The notes beneath the pieces were generated by a model. That model did no database searches. It had not been told where the DNA came from and saw nothing but the letters and a program-made list of their open reading frames with translations. From positions 17,131 to 81,130 of the forward strand of contig JAZRYG010000060.1 in assembly GCA_045600605.1 (NCBI GenBank): a stretch of DNA of 64,000 nucleotides, read 5' to 3'. Positions 8,351 to 17,075 of the stretch are shown here, one piece after another. The position numbers and the translations under genes are program-made. This stretch comes from Bacteroidales bacterium (GTDB taxonomy: Bacteria > Bacteroidota > Bacteroidia > Bacteroidales > F082). Positions within the stretch are counted from its first letter, which is position 1. Every line of letters begins with the position of its first letter.

Positions 8351-9358
8351 TTACAAAAACGTCAGGAAGTCCTCGTAGTTTTTCTCGAGCAACGTAGGGG
8401 TGTCGAGTCCGTAAGGGCATTTCTTCTTGCACTGTCCACAGTGGAGGCAGTCTTTCACCTTCGCCATTTTCTTCTTGTATTCATCGCCGAGATACACGTT
8501 GAGCGGTGCGCGGCGGAGGTAGAGGCTCATCCTGGCGCAGTCGGGGATATATATCCCGGCGGTGCATGGCAGGCAGTAACCGCATCCGCGGCAGAAGTCG
8601 CCCGAAAGCATCTCCTTGTCTTTCCTGATTTTCTCACGGCGTTCGTCGGTCATCACCGGTGCTTTATTTTGGTAGGAGATGAACTCGTCGAGCTCCGTTT
8701 CTTTCTGCACGCCCCATATCGGGAGGACGTGGTCGAACTGGTTGAGGTAGGCGTAGGCCGTCGCCGAGTCGGTGATGAGGCCGCCCGACAGCGCCTTCAT
8801 GCAGATGAAGCCCATGCCGGCTTCCTTGCAGAGGTTCACGAGTTCGAGGTCTTTGTCCGACGCGAGGTATGAGAACGGGAACTGCAGTGTCTCGTAGAGT
8901 CCCGATTCTATTGCCTCTCTCGCCACGTTGAGGCGGTGGTTGGTGATGCCGATGTGGCGCACCTTGCCTTGTCTCCTGGCTTCGAGCATCGCCTCGTAGA
9001 GTCCGGTGCCGTCGCCGGGCTTCGGGCAGAACGACGGGTTGTGGAACTGATAGAGGTCGATGTAGTCGGTCTTGAGCAGGCCGAGGCTCGTCTCGAGGTC
9101 TTTCCAGAACCCTTCGGCTGTGGTGGCGCCGGTCTTCGTCGCGATGATGATTTCCCCGCGGATGTCGGCCATCGCGTAGCCTATCTTCTCTTCGCTGTCG
9201 GTGTAGAAACGCGCGGTGTCGAAATATGTTATGCCGTTGTCGTATGCCTTTCTCAAGAGACGGGCGGCTTCGTCTTTGCTGATGCGTTGTATCGGCAGTG
9301 CGCCGAAGCCGTTTTTATTTACTGTGAAACCAGTGTTTCCTAACTTTACGAGGTCCAT
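8351..9358 (-). CDS. Aldo/keto reductase with C-terminal 4Fe-4S-binding extension
   Basis: AKR core (GFGALPIQR...YDNGITYFDTARFY.DSE...HIGITNH) followed by CRGCGYCLPC...CLHCGQCKKKCP cysteine clusters. Confidence 0.85.
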   Translation of the reverse strand: MDLVKLGNTGFTVNKNGFGALPIQRISKDEAARLLRKAYDNGITYFDTARFYTDSEEKIGYAMADIRGEIIIATKTGATTAEGFWKDLETSLGLLKTDYIDLYQFHNPSFCPKPGDGTGLYEAMLEARRQGKVRHIGITNHRLNVAREAIESGLYETLQFPFSYLASDKDLELVNLCKEAGMGFICMKALSGGLITDSATAYAYLNQFDHVLPIWGVQKETELDEFISYQNKAPVMTDERREKIRKDKEMLSGDFCRGCGYCLPCTAGIYIPDCARMSLYLRRAPLNVYLGDEYKKKMAKVKDCLHCGQCKKKCPYGLDTPTLLEKNYEDFLTFL

Positions 9359-9366
9359 TGTTTTAA

Positions 9367-9440
9367 TTCAAAGATTTAAAATTCAATAATTTAAAGATTC
9401 AAATTCAAAGATTTAAGATTTGAAGGTTAGAAGATTAAGG
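9367..9440 (-). repeat. Low-complexity AAGATTT/AAATTCA word repeats spanning the stop of the upstream membrane-protein gene
   Basis: caaagatttaaaattcaataatttaaagattcaaattcaaagatttaagatttgaaggttagaagattaagg. The stop (9427-9429) is embedded in it. Confidence 0.6.
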
Positions 9441-10629
9441 CGAGGAGGACGTAGAGCCAGTGTGCGCTGATGCCGGCCACGAGGCCGCCGATGGTGTGTG
9501 CGCCGATGGCCTTGGAGATGAGTTCGCGGTGCCCGAGCGAGTCGAGCATGGCGGTGTGTGTGCTGAGGAATCCGCTCCAGCACATGCCGATGGCGGTGCA
9601 CACGGCGATGGCGTTGTTGTCGATGAAGCCTTCTGCGATGAATTTCGGGAGAAGGCCGAGTGCCGCGCCGACTGCGCCGAGTGATGTTATCGGGAACGCC
9701 ACGAGCTCAGGGTGCTCGAAGCCGAACAGCCATTTAAATACGAAGTCAATCTTTCCGGCGAGGTAAGGAAGCACCGGCACGCCTTCGTAGGCCGCTCCGG
9801 TGTAAGCGCCGTCAACGCCGCTGGCGCCGAAGGTGAGCATCATCACCACAGTGGAGATGATAAGCACGCCAGGGATGATGGCGAGGCCTATCGACACGCC
9901 CTCCTTGCCGCCGTCCAAGATTGAGTCGAGGAAACGCATGAACACGTTGCCGCTGCTCTTGAATGAGATGTTCTCGTTGGCCTCAAGCTCGTGCTGCGAA
10001 TCGAATCTGTCGAGCTCGGGATATGACTTCAGCGTGAAACGCTGCATCAGGCGCGTGGAGACGATGCTGCCTATCACTGCGCCGACGAGTCCTACCAACG
10101 CTCCGTTGAGGAAGCCGAGACCTAACATATAGAACACCACGACCAGACCCATGCCGAACGCCGTGCCGAAGTTGGTCAGCGAGCAGAGCTGGTACGTCTT
10201 GAAATAACTTGAGAAATATCTGTCTTTCGACAAAGTGATGATTGCCGGGTTGTCGGAGAGGAACGTCAGTATCCCGCCGAGGGCGGCGACACCCGGGAGG
10301 TTATAGATAGGCTTCATCAATGGACGGAGCACGAACTCCACGAGGCGCACCACGCCGAACTCCACGAGAAGCTTGCCGAGAGCACCGGTGAGCACGCAGA
10401 CGGCCATCAGGAAGAAGACCGTCTCGAGAAGCAGGTGGTAGGCCGTCTGCATCACCGTGTTGAGCATGTTGGCGGCACCCATCCTCATGCCGAGGAATCC
10501 GAAGAACAAGCCTATCACGGCCAAGAAAATCAACGCCTCGATGACGCGACGTCTGAAGAAATTCGGTATTGTTACCTTTTTGATGTTAAGTTTCATATTG
10601 GGATTGTATAATTTGTTGTCGTTATTCAT
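9427..10629 (-). CDS. Polytopic inner-membrane protein, possibly nucleoside-recognition (Gate) domain family; function unknown
   Basis: About 10 hydrophobic segments. Real start MNNDNKLY at 10629; the 83 upstream codons in the track overlap the porin gene and are Arg/His-rich junk. Confidence 0.55.
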   Translation of the reverse strand: MNNDNKLYNPNMKLNIKKVTIPNFFRRRVIEALIFLAVIGLFFGFLGMRMGAANMLNTVMQTAYHLLLETVFFLMAVCVLTGALGKLLVEFGVVRLVEFVLRPLMKPIYNLPGVAALGGILTFLSDNPAIITLSKDRYFSSYFKTYQLCSLTNFGTAFGMGLVVVFYMLGLGFLNGALVGLVGAVIGSIVSTRLMQRFTLKSYPELDRFDSQHELEANENISFKSSGNVFMRFLDSILDGGKEGVSIGLAIIPGVLIISTVVMMLTFGASGVDGAYTGAAYEGVPVLPYLAGKIDFVFKWLFGFEHPELVAFPITSLGAVGAALGLLPKFIAEGFIDNNAIAVCTAIGMCWSGFLSTHTAMLDSLGHRELISKAIGAHTIGGLVAGISAHWLYVLLALIF

Positions 10630-10649
10630 GAGAGTATGATTTTGGCCTG

Positions 10650-11735
10650 TTATCTTTTTATGAAATTGATTCTCCAGGTGATGCCGACATTGGCTTGGTA
10701 TGTGAGTTTGTCCTCGGTGAAGTTCAGTTCGCCATCGACGATCTCGGTGAGGCATTTTGTGTCGTTGACGGCGAAGAAAGCGTGGATGCGAAGGTCCTGT
10801 CTGCCTTTCAGCGGGAAATATTCCACGCCGCCGCCGTAAAATGTGATGTCGGTGCCGGGCAGGATCAGATGGTCGCATACGTCCTCGACGGCGACGGTCT
10901 TGTCCTGCGCCTTGTTGACATCGTAGCCGGCCTTGGCAAATACCGACATCTTGTCTTTCAGGAAATAGACACCGAGACGTCCGTCAACGGTCATGTCGTC
11001 GAAGAGGAAATTAGTGTGTTTGTCGGAGGCTCGGTTGGTGTAGTCGATGTAACCGTAAACCGGCCCGAAATGAAACCATGTGCCTAATGCGATGACGTTG
11101 AGGAACTTGCCGTTTGAATATTCGTACATGTTCACCGAGCAGACCGGCGTGAAATGCTTGTAGTTGGCGCACCAGTGCAAGTTGTAGGCGTAGAGCCCGC
11201 TGAGGCTGCCGCCGCTGAAAGGTGAGTTGACGAACTGCATCGTGAACGTGTTCTTCTTGTCGTTTGTGGTGAAGACGGCGTTGACGCCAAGTTGGTAACA
11301 CGCCACTGTGTTCCAGAATTCGGTGTGGTAATATACGTCGATAGGCGCGAGGTCGTATTCTATGCCGCCCATCGCCACGACCTGCTTGCCCGCCGACAGC
11401 GCGAACCATTCGGTCGCCTGCCAGCCTAAATACATGTAGTCGGTCTTGCTGAAGAAGTCGCTCGCGGAGTTGAGGCCCTTCAGGTTGAGCCGCTGGCGGT
11501 AGGCGTAAAACAACTTGTCGGTGATGTTGCCCGCGATCTTGAAATTCAGGAACTTGCCCGAGAACCCCGAGATGCTCGTCGCGGTGGTGTCCTGCCGCAC
11601 GTTGTAATAGTCGAAGTCGGTCCTGACCTCAAGGGCTAAGTTGTTGATACGGAAGCCGCCGTTTCCGTCTTTCTCTTGCGAGAATGATGTCAAGGCGAAC
11701 AACGCAAATGTCGCAAATAATAAAAGTCTCTTCAT
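10650..11735 (-). CDS. Outer-membrane beta-barrel porin (phosphate-selective porin O/P-like by context)
   Basis: Signal peptide MKRLLLFATFALFALTSFSQ, alternating aromatic/polar beta-strand pattern and a C-terminal ...GITWRINF. It sits directly downstream of the PiT transporter gene. Confidence 0.6.
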   Translation of the reverse strand: MKRLLLFATFALFALTSFSQEKDGNGGFRINNLALEVRTDFDYYNVRQDTTATSISGFSGKFLNFKIAGNITDKLFYAYRQRLNLKGLNSASDFFSKTDYMYLGWQATEWFALSAGKQVVAMGGIEYDLAPIDVYYHTEFWNTVACYQLGVNAVFTTNDKKNTFTMQFVNSPFSGGSLSGLYAYNLHWCANYKHFTPVCSVNMYEYSNGKFLNVIALGTWFHFGPVYGYIDYTNRASDKHTNFLFDDMTVDGRLGVYFLKDKMSVFAKAGYDVNKAQDKTVAVEDVCDHLILPGTDITFYGGGVEYFPLKGRQDLRIHAFFAVNDTKCLTEIVDGELNFTEDKLTYQANVGITWRINFIKR

Positions 11736-11762
11736 TTATGTTTTAATTTTTGTTTTCTAATG

Positions 11763-13991
11763 TCAGATTTTTTCGTTTAGCTTGATGGTGTTCCTGAGGA
11801 TGTGTCTCATCTCTGTCACTATCTCCATCGACTCCTGTAATATGTTGAGATACAGGACCGCGAGGTCAATGTTCTCCTGCTTGCTCTGGACTCTGTCCAT
11901 CTGTCTGACGCACACGTCCATGATGAAGTCTTCGTTTTTCTTGACGGATTCGGTCATCTCGGCGAGCTTGTCGGCATCGACATACATCAGCATGAATCCG
12001 GCGTCGTCGATGGCTTTCAGCGTCTTGACCATCACGGAGCTGAGCTCTTCGACTTGTCCTTTCGACAGAGGCGAGAACGAGTTATCGACATATTCCTTGC
12101 ACGGCTCGCAGATTCGCCTCAACGAGTAGAGAGTCTGCTCGATGCAGTTGTAGTTAAGATGGAACCATGTGTTTTTCTTGAAAATCTCATGTCCGTCGAG
12201 ACGGCGTAACATCTGTATCTCCTTGCGTTTCAAGGTCTTCATCGTTGCTTTCTCGATCTTGCATTGGATGAAGATGCTTCTGAGTTTCTTGATGTCTTCA
12301 TCGATGAACGCCTTGGTGACACCGATGTACATCTCGCGTGTGTCGGCGATGAGCTGCTGCATGCTCTCGTTGTTATGTTTCAGGAACAGTCCGGCGATGA
12401 CGTCTTTGTCGGTGGTCTGCATGGCCTCGTCATAGAGTCTGTCTTCGGTCTTGTGCTCGCGGCTTTTGTTACCGATATCTTTCAGGACGAAATATAGTGC
12501 GATGGCCACCATGACAACCATTCCGGCGGTCTGTGTGAGGTGGAAGATGATGGCGGTGAGGAAGGCGAGCAGGAACGCCGCCACTGCGGTGATGAGCCAG
12601 CCGCCGATGACGGAGATGACGCCCGTGACGCGGAACACCGCGCTCTCGCGCGACCATGCCCTGTCGGCCAACGACGCGCCCATCGACACCATGAAGACGA
12701 CGTATGTCGTTGACAACGGCAGCTTCAGCGAGGTGCCGAGGGCTATCAGCATCGAGGCTAACACGATGCTCACCAAGCCTCTGATGAGGTCGAACGACGC
12801 GCCGTCCTCCATGATCATGTCCTTCTGGTTGAACCGGCTGTTGACCCACGCCTTCGCCTTCTCAGGCACCGACTCGCTCACCGCGGCGGCCATGTTGTTG
12901 CTGAAACGCACTATGGCGCGGGCCGCATACGACGAGCCGAACGACTCATCGCCGGCGTTCTGTTTCGACAGGTCGAGAGAGGTCTGAAGCACGTCTTTCG
13001 CCTTCTTCGAGGTGAGAAGCGTCACCACCATGATGAGGCCTGCGAGCATGATGTACATGAAACTCGCCGTGGCGGGGCTGTTGAGCGATCCCATCAGATG
13101 CGTGTCGAGCGAGGCGCCGCTTTGACGCACCTCCATATATGTGTCGAGACAGGCCAACGGGACGCCGATGAAGTTCACGAGGTCGTTGCCCGCAAATGCC
13201 ATCGCCAAGGCGAAAGTGCCGATAAGCACTATGACTTTCAACACGTTGACTTTGCAGAAATAAAGAACCTCCATCAAAATGCTGAAGAAGACAAGACATC
13301 CGAGGAGTATCAAGCCGGTGTTGGCGTTGATCCACGTCTTGGCGTCGGCGCTGATGAACGACGCGCCGCCCATGCCTTTTATCAGCATGAAATATACCAA
13401 TGCGGTGGTCGCGATGCCACCGAAAACGCCTATCTTATACTTGAGGTTTTTCTTGTAGTTGAAAGTGAAGATGATTCGCGTAAGCCATTGAATCGCAATG
13501 CTGAAGACAAACGCTATCGCCACAGAGACGAAGATGCCCAATATCATCGTCATCGCCTTGCCTGTGTTGATGAGGTCGGAGAGCTCGGCACCGCCGGAGT
13601 TGGTCTTGAAGATGGCGATGGCGAATGTCGCGCCGATAAGCTCGAACACCAACGAGACGGATGTCGAGGTCGGAAGACCCAACTTGTTGAACACGTCGAG
13701 AAGTATCAGGTTGGAGATGATGACCGCCAGGAAGATGTAAATCAGTTCGTTGGCGTAAAAATATTCCGGGGCGAACACGCCGTTCCTCGCTATCTCCATC
13801 ATGCCGTTGCTCATCGCCGCGCCGGCCAAGATGCCCGCGGAGGCGATTATCGTAACGACGCGGTATGACGCTGACTTGGTGCCGACCGCCGATGACATGA
13901 AGTTGCACGCGTCGTTGCTCACGCCGGCACATAACCCCATGATGGCCAATAAGATGACTATCCCAAGTATTATCGGTAACATTGTTGCCAT
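11763..13991 (-). CDS. Inorganic phosphate transporter (PiT family) fused to a C-terminal PhoU-like domain
   Basis: The N-terminus has the GVSNDACNFM PiT signature and there is a second GNDLVNFIG repeat. About 520 aa are membrane domain, followed by about 220 aa of helical PhoU-like tail. Confidence 0.85.
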   Translation of the reverse strand: MATMLPIILGIVILLAIMGLCAGVSNDACNFMSSAVGTKSASYRVVTIIASAGILAGAAMSNGMMEIARNGVFAPEYFYANELIYIFLAVIISNLILLDVFNKLGLPTSTSVSLVFELIGATFAIAIFKTNSGGAELSDLINTGKAMTMILGIFVSVAIAFVFSIAIQWLTRIIFTFNYKKNLKYKIGVFGGIATTALVYFMLIKGMGGASFISADAKTWINANTGLILLGCLVFFSILMEVLYFCKVNVLKVIVLIGTFALAMAFAGNDLVNFIGVPLACLDTYMEVRQSGASLDTHLMGSLNSPATASFMYIMLAGLIMVVTLLTSKKAKDVLQTSLDLSKQNAGDESFGSSYAARAIVRFSNNMAAAVSESVPEKAKAWVNSRFNQKDMIMEDGASFDLIRGLVSIVLASMLIALGTSLKLPLSTTYVVFMVSMGASLADRAWSRESAVFRVTGVISVIGGWLITAVAAFLLAFLTAIIFHLTQTAGMVVMVAIALYFVLKDIGNKSREHKTEDRLYDEAMQTTDKDVIAGLFLKHNNESMQQLIADTREMYIGVTKAFIDEDIKKLRSIFIQCKIEKATMKTLKRKEIQMLRRLDGHEIFKKNTWFHLNYNCIEQTLYSLRRICEPCKEYVDNSFSPLSKGQVEELSSVMVKTLKAIDDAGFMLMYVDADKLAEMTESVKKNEDFIMDVCVRQMDRVQSKQENIDLAVLYLNILQESMEIVTEMRHILRNTIKLNEKI

Positions 13992-14010
13992 ATTGTGTGA
14001 AATTTTTGCG

Positions 14011-14018
14011 CAAAAATA
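14011..14018 (-). promoter_or_regulatory. -7 promoter box TATTTTTG for the PiT-porin cluster
   Basis: CAAAAATA on the + strand, 19 nt upstream of the ATG at 13991. Confidence 0.5.
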
Positions 14019-14090
14019 TGAAAAATAACTGTATAAAACATTCTCAATGTCTTAATATTTTCAACATAGTATCGGCCTTGCAGGTTTGAG

Positions 14091-14149
14091 TTTTTTAGTC
14101 TTTAGTTTTTAGTCTTTAGTTTTTAGTTTGGAGTTTTGAGAGTTGAGGA
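14091..14149 (+). repeat. Heptamer array (TAGTYTT)x5 followed by TGGAGTTTTGAGAGTTGAGG
   Basis: TAG at 14096, 14103, 14110, 14117 and 14124, an exact 7-nt period. Confidence 0.8.
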
Positions 14150-14237
14150 ACAGAAGCAAAAATAATCATTTATAAATGTATAAAAATATTACACATAAAA
14201 ATTTTTTGCGCCCGTGCCGTTGAAGATGAAAAATTTC

Positions 14238-14245
14238 TATCTTTG
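14238..14245 (+). promoter_or_regulatory. -7 promoter box TATCTTTG for the SUMF1-family gene
   Basis: Exact TAnnTTTG, 72 nt upstream of the ATG at 14318. Confidence 0.5.
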
Positions 14246-14317
14246 CGACTTGAAAAACAAATCAATTAAATTAATAACCAAAAAGTTGTACCCGACACGG
14301 ACAAAGGGCTTTGAAAA

Positions 14318-15466
14318 ATGAAAAAGAGCATCAGATTATTCACGACAGTGATGGTTTGCATGGCGATGGCGCTGTGCGTATCGTGCAAGAAAGACAACGC
14401 CGAGCCGAGCGGCGGCGGTAATGGTGGCGGCGGCACGCAGACCGTCGCGACGGTCACGACGGATGAGGTGACGGACATCACGTGTGCCACAGCTGTGTGC
14501 GGCGGCGAGGTGAAGAGCGAGAACGGCTGGGCTGTTACCGAGCGCGGCGTGTGCTGGGGCGTGGAGCCGAACCCGACGCCGTCTGACAACAGCACCGTTG
14601 ACGGCGATGGTATCGGCAAGTTCATATCGGAGATTACAGGTCTGGAACCTGACACGAAGTACTATGTGCGTGCGTACGCCAAGAACGCTGCCGGCACTGG
14701 CTTCGGCGAGCAGAAGAGCTTCACCACACAGAGCGGCGGCGGTGGCGGCCAGACCCAGACCTTCACGGTTAACGGCGTTTCGTTTGAGATGGTACGTGTT
14801 GATGGAGGCACGTTCACCATGGGCGCGACCCAGGAGCAGGGCGGCGACGCCTATGATGACGAGTTTCCGACGCACAGCGTGACGTTGAGCGACTACTACA
14901 TCGGGAAGTTCGAGGTTACGCAGGAGCTGTGGCTTGCTGTGATGGGTTCGTGGCCCGGCACGGCACCGAGCGGCAGCTACGGCGTGGGCGATGACTACCC
15001 CGCATATTATATTAGCTGGGACGACTGCCAGGATTTCATAACGGAGCTGAACCGGCTGACTGGGGCGAACTTCCGCCTGCCCACCGAGGCGGAGTGGGAG
15101 TACGCGGCCCGCGGCGGGAGCGAGAGCGGCGGCTACAAGTACAGCGGGAGCAACAGCATAAACGATGTGGCTTGGTACTATGACAACAGCGATTGCAAGA
15201 CTCACTCCGTTGGCACGAAGTCGCCTAACGAGCTCGGGATATACGACATGAGCGGCAACGTGTATGAGTGGTGTCAGGACTGGTACGGCAGCTACAGCAG
15301 CGGTTTGCAGACGAACCCACAGGGGCCGTCATCGGGCTCGTACCGCGTTCTCCGCGGCGGTAGCTGGTTCAGCATCGCGAGCTACTGCCGTGTCTCGTAT
15401 CGCTACTACAAATTTCCCGACTTCAGGTTCATCTACGGCGGCCTGCGCCTCGCCCTCGTTCCTTAG
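14318..15466 (+). CDS. SUMF1/formylglycine-generating-enzyme family lipoprotein with N-terminal Ig/FN3-like domain
   Basis: Lipobox LCVSC. FEMVRVDGGTFTMGAT...DEFPTHSVTLSDYYIGKFEVTQELW...RLPTEAEWEYAARGG...YRVLRGGSW is the FGE-sulfatase fold signature. Confidence 0.85.
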   Translation: MKKSIRLFTTVMVCMAMALCVSCKKDNAEPSGGGNGGGGTQTVATVTTDEVTDITCATAVCGGEVKSENGWAVTERGVCWGVEPNPTPSDNSTVDGDGIGKFISEITGLEPDTKYYVRAYAKNAAGTGFGEQKSFTTQSGGGGGQTQTFTVNGVSFEMVRVDGGTFTMGATQEQGGDAYDDEFPTHSVTLSDYYIGKFEVTQELWLAVMGSWPGTAPSGSYGVGDDYPAYYISWDDCQDFITELNRLTGANFRLPTEAEWEYAARGGSESGGYKYSGSNSINDVAWYYDNSDCKTHSVGTKSPNELGIYDMSGNVYEWCQDWYGSYSSGLQTNPQGPSSGSYRVLRGGSWFSIASYCRVSYRYYKFPDFRFIYGGLRLALVP

Positions 15467-15646
15467 TTTACCAGATGACATCAGTCTGAAATGCTAAGCT
15501 GAAAAGAAGAAAAGATGGCGGAGCCGAGGCGTTTCCAGCGGCGGAGTCGCCGAGGGCGGCAAGGGACGCAGCCGCACAGGGCGACGGAGCAGGCGGGAAA
15601 CGCGGGATTGTTCGACTTCGCTTCGCTCCGCTCACGAGGACGGCGG

Positions 15647-15722
15647 CTTTTTTAGTTTTTAGTCTTTAGTCTTTAGTCTTTAGTTTTTAGTTTTTAGTTT
15701 GGAGAGTTGAGAGTGGAGAGGG
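15647..15722 (+). repeat. Heptamer array (TAGTYTT)x7 followed by TGGAGAGTTGAGAGTGGAGAGG
   Basis: TAG at 15653, 15660, 15667, 15674, 15681, 15688 and 15695. Same orientation and tail as the array at 14091-14149. Confidence 0.8.
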
Positions 15723-15741
15723 AAGCCGATGTTGTCTGGCT

Positions 15742-15820
15742 GTAGAGACGCGCCGCTGATATGAACCCCAAAAGTTGGACAAAAAACTTTTGGGGTTCAT
15801 ATCACACACCCCGTCTCTAC
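15742..15820. repeat. 79-nt bipartite perfect hairpin/palindromic element
   Basis: The outer stem is GTAGAGACG (15742-15750) / CGTCTCTAC (15812-15820). The inner 20-bp stem pairs 15757-15776 with 15785-15804 (TGATATGAACCCCAAAAGTT / AACTTTTGGGGTTCATATCA), with an 8-nt loop. Confidence 0.8.
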
Positions 15821-15923
15821 GTCTGTTACGCCGAGGGCTTGTTCTTGTTCCTGCAATGTACAAACAAAGTGGCCCAAAGATTTAAATGTCTAAAAATTTT
15901 TTTAAAGCAATTGATAAATGTCT

Positions 15924-15931
15924 TATCTTTG
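15924..15931 (+). promoter_or_regulatory. -7 promoter box TATCTTTG for the GNAT-like/CPBP/GtrA operon
   Basis: Exact TAnnTTTG, 19 nt upstream of the ATG at 15951. Confidence 0.5.
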
Positions 15932-15950
15932 CGGCTTAATAAAACGAAAA

Positions 15951-17072
15951 ATGGACTTGACTTTCAGGGAAATTGTCACCCACCGCGATTGGCGTGATTT
16001 TATTGAGTTTCCGAAGAGATTATTCAAGGGGAATGCGCACTTCATCCCGAGTTTGGATTCCGATGAACACGATAGCCTCTACCGTGAGAAAAATCCGGCG
16101 TACGGCTACTGCGACGCGAAGTTCTGGCTCGCGGAGTCGGGCGGCAAGGCGGTCGGACGCGTCGGCGCCATCATCAACAACCGCGCCAACGAGAAATGGA
16201 ACGAGAAATTCGTCCGCTTCGGCTGGTTCGACTTCATCGACGACTTCGAGGTGTGCAAGGCCTTGGTCGGGAAAGTCGTCGAGTTCGGCAAACAGCACGG
16301 CATGACGAAGATACAAGGGCCTCTCGGCTTCACCGACATGGACAAGGAATGCTGGGTCATCGAAGGCTTCGAAAACCGACAGAACATCTGCACGCTGTAC
16401 AACCCGCCTTATTACATAGACTTCATCAAGAGATTGGGCTTCGCCGTTGACTGCGAATGGCTCCAGTACAAGATACCGGCCTCGCAGCCCGTGCCGGAAA
16501 AGGTGAGACGCGTGAGCCGCATGATAGCCGAGAAATACAAGGTCAGACTGCTCGAATTCACCAAGGTGAAAGACATACTGAAATACGCGCACAAGGTCTT
16601 TCACTGCCTTAACGACGCCTTCAGCATACTTTACGGCTTCGTCGAGCTGACGGAGACCGAAATCGACAACTACACGAGAAAATACTTCCAGGTCCTTGAC
16701 CCCGAGTTGGTCAAGCTCGTGGTTGATGAGAACGACGATGTCATCGCCTTCGCCATCGCCATGCCTTGCCTCGACGAGGCTTTCCGCAAGATCAACGGAC
16801 GCCTCATCCCGTTCGGATGGGTGCGTGTGCTGCACGACATACGTCATTATCGGGACATCGACTTCCTGCTCAACGGCGTCAGCGGCAAATGGCAGGGCAA
16901 GGGCATACACGCCCTCTATCATCTTGCCATGAATGAGACGATGATAAGGAAAAAGCTGCGTTACGCATATTCAAATCCGCAGATCGACGGCAATATGGCG
17001 GTCAAGGTCTGGACCTCGCAGTACGAATGCGAGCAGAACTTCAGACGCGCCGTGTTTTCAAGGGAGATTTAA
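15951..17072 (+). CDS. Putative GNAT-like N-acyltransferase (about 370 aa conserved Bacteroidota protein)
   Basis: The ATG at 15951 lies 20 nt after the TATCTTTG box. The family call rests only on overall resemblance to acyl-CoA N-acyltransferase-like proteins (GRVGAIIN...FGWFDF...GPLGFTDMD). Confidence 0.5.
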   Translation: MDLTFREIVTHRDWRDFIEFPKRLFKGNAHFIPSLDSDEHDSLYREKNPAYGYCDAKFWLAESGGKAVGRVGAIINNRANEKWNEKFVRFGWFDFIDDFEVCKALVGKVVEFGKQHGMTKIQGPLGFTDMDKECWVIEGFENRQNICTLYNPPYYIDFIKRLGFAVDCEWLQYKIPASQPVPEKVRRVSRMIAEKYKVRLLEFTKVKDILKYAHKVFHCLNDAFSILYGFVELTETEIDNYTRKYFQVLDPELVKLVVDENDDVIAFAIAMPCLDEAFRKINGRLIPFGWVRVLHDIRHYRDIDFLLNGVSGKWQGKGIHALYHLAMNETMIRKKLRYAYSNPQIDGNMAVKVWTSQYECEQNFRRAVFSREI

Positions 17073-17075
17073 GTC

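Noticed and set aside
10630-10878. N-terminal 83-codon extension of the membrane-protein ORF in the six-frame track.
   Set aside because: It overlaps the 3' end of the porin gene and encodes Arg/His-rich junk. A clean ATG (MNNDNK...) sits 20 nt after the porin stop.
14091-15722. Heptamer arrays considered as CRISPR-like or phase-variable promoter repeats.
   Set aside because: The period is only 7 nt with no spacers, so this is not CRISPR. The arrays do not lie between -33 and -7 elements or inside coding regions, so a classical slipped-strand phase-variation switch is not supported by position alone.
14318-15740. Possibility that the SUMF1/FGE-fold gene is a diversity-generating retroelement target with a template repeat downstream.
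   Set aside because: FGE/C-type-lectin folds are classic DGR targets. However, the downstream GC-rich island has no similarity, in either orientation, to the 3' end of the gene, and no reverse transcriptase is present in the window.
15761-15997. 78-aa ORF starting inside the 79-nt hairpin.
   Set aside because: Its start codon lies within the perfect stem and it runs through the promoter box of the next gene. It shows no coding-like composition.
16020-16922. 300-aa ORF antisense to the GNAT-like gene. Similar long antisense ORFs occur at 8339-8872, 14336-15205, 36863-37606, 40307-40834, 47111-47785 and 60986-61915.
   Set aside because: All lie fully inside, and opposite to, genes with strong family motifs. 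Their products are Arg/His/Val-rich low-complexity sequences with no motifs, typical of shadow ORFs opposite GC3-rich coding regions.
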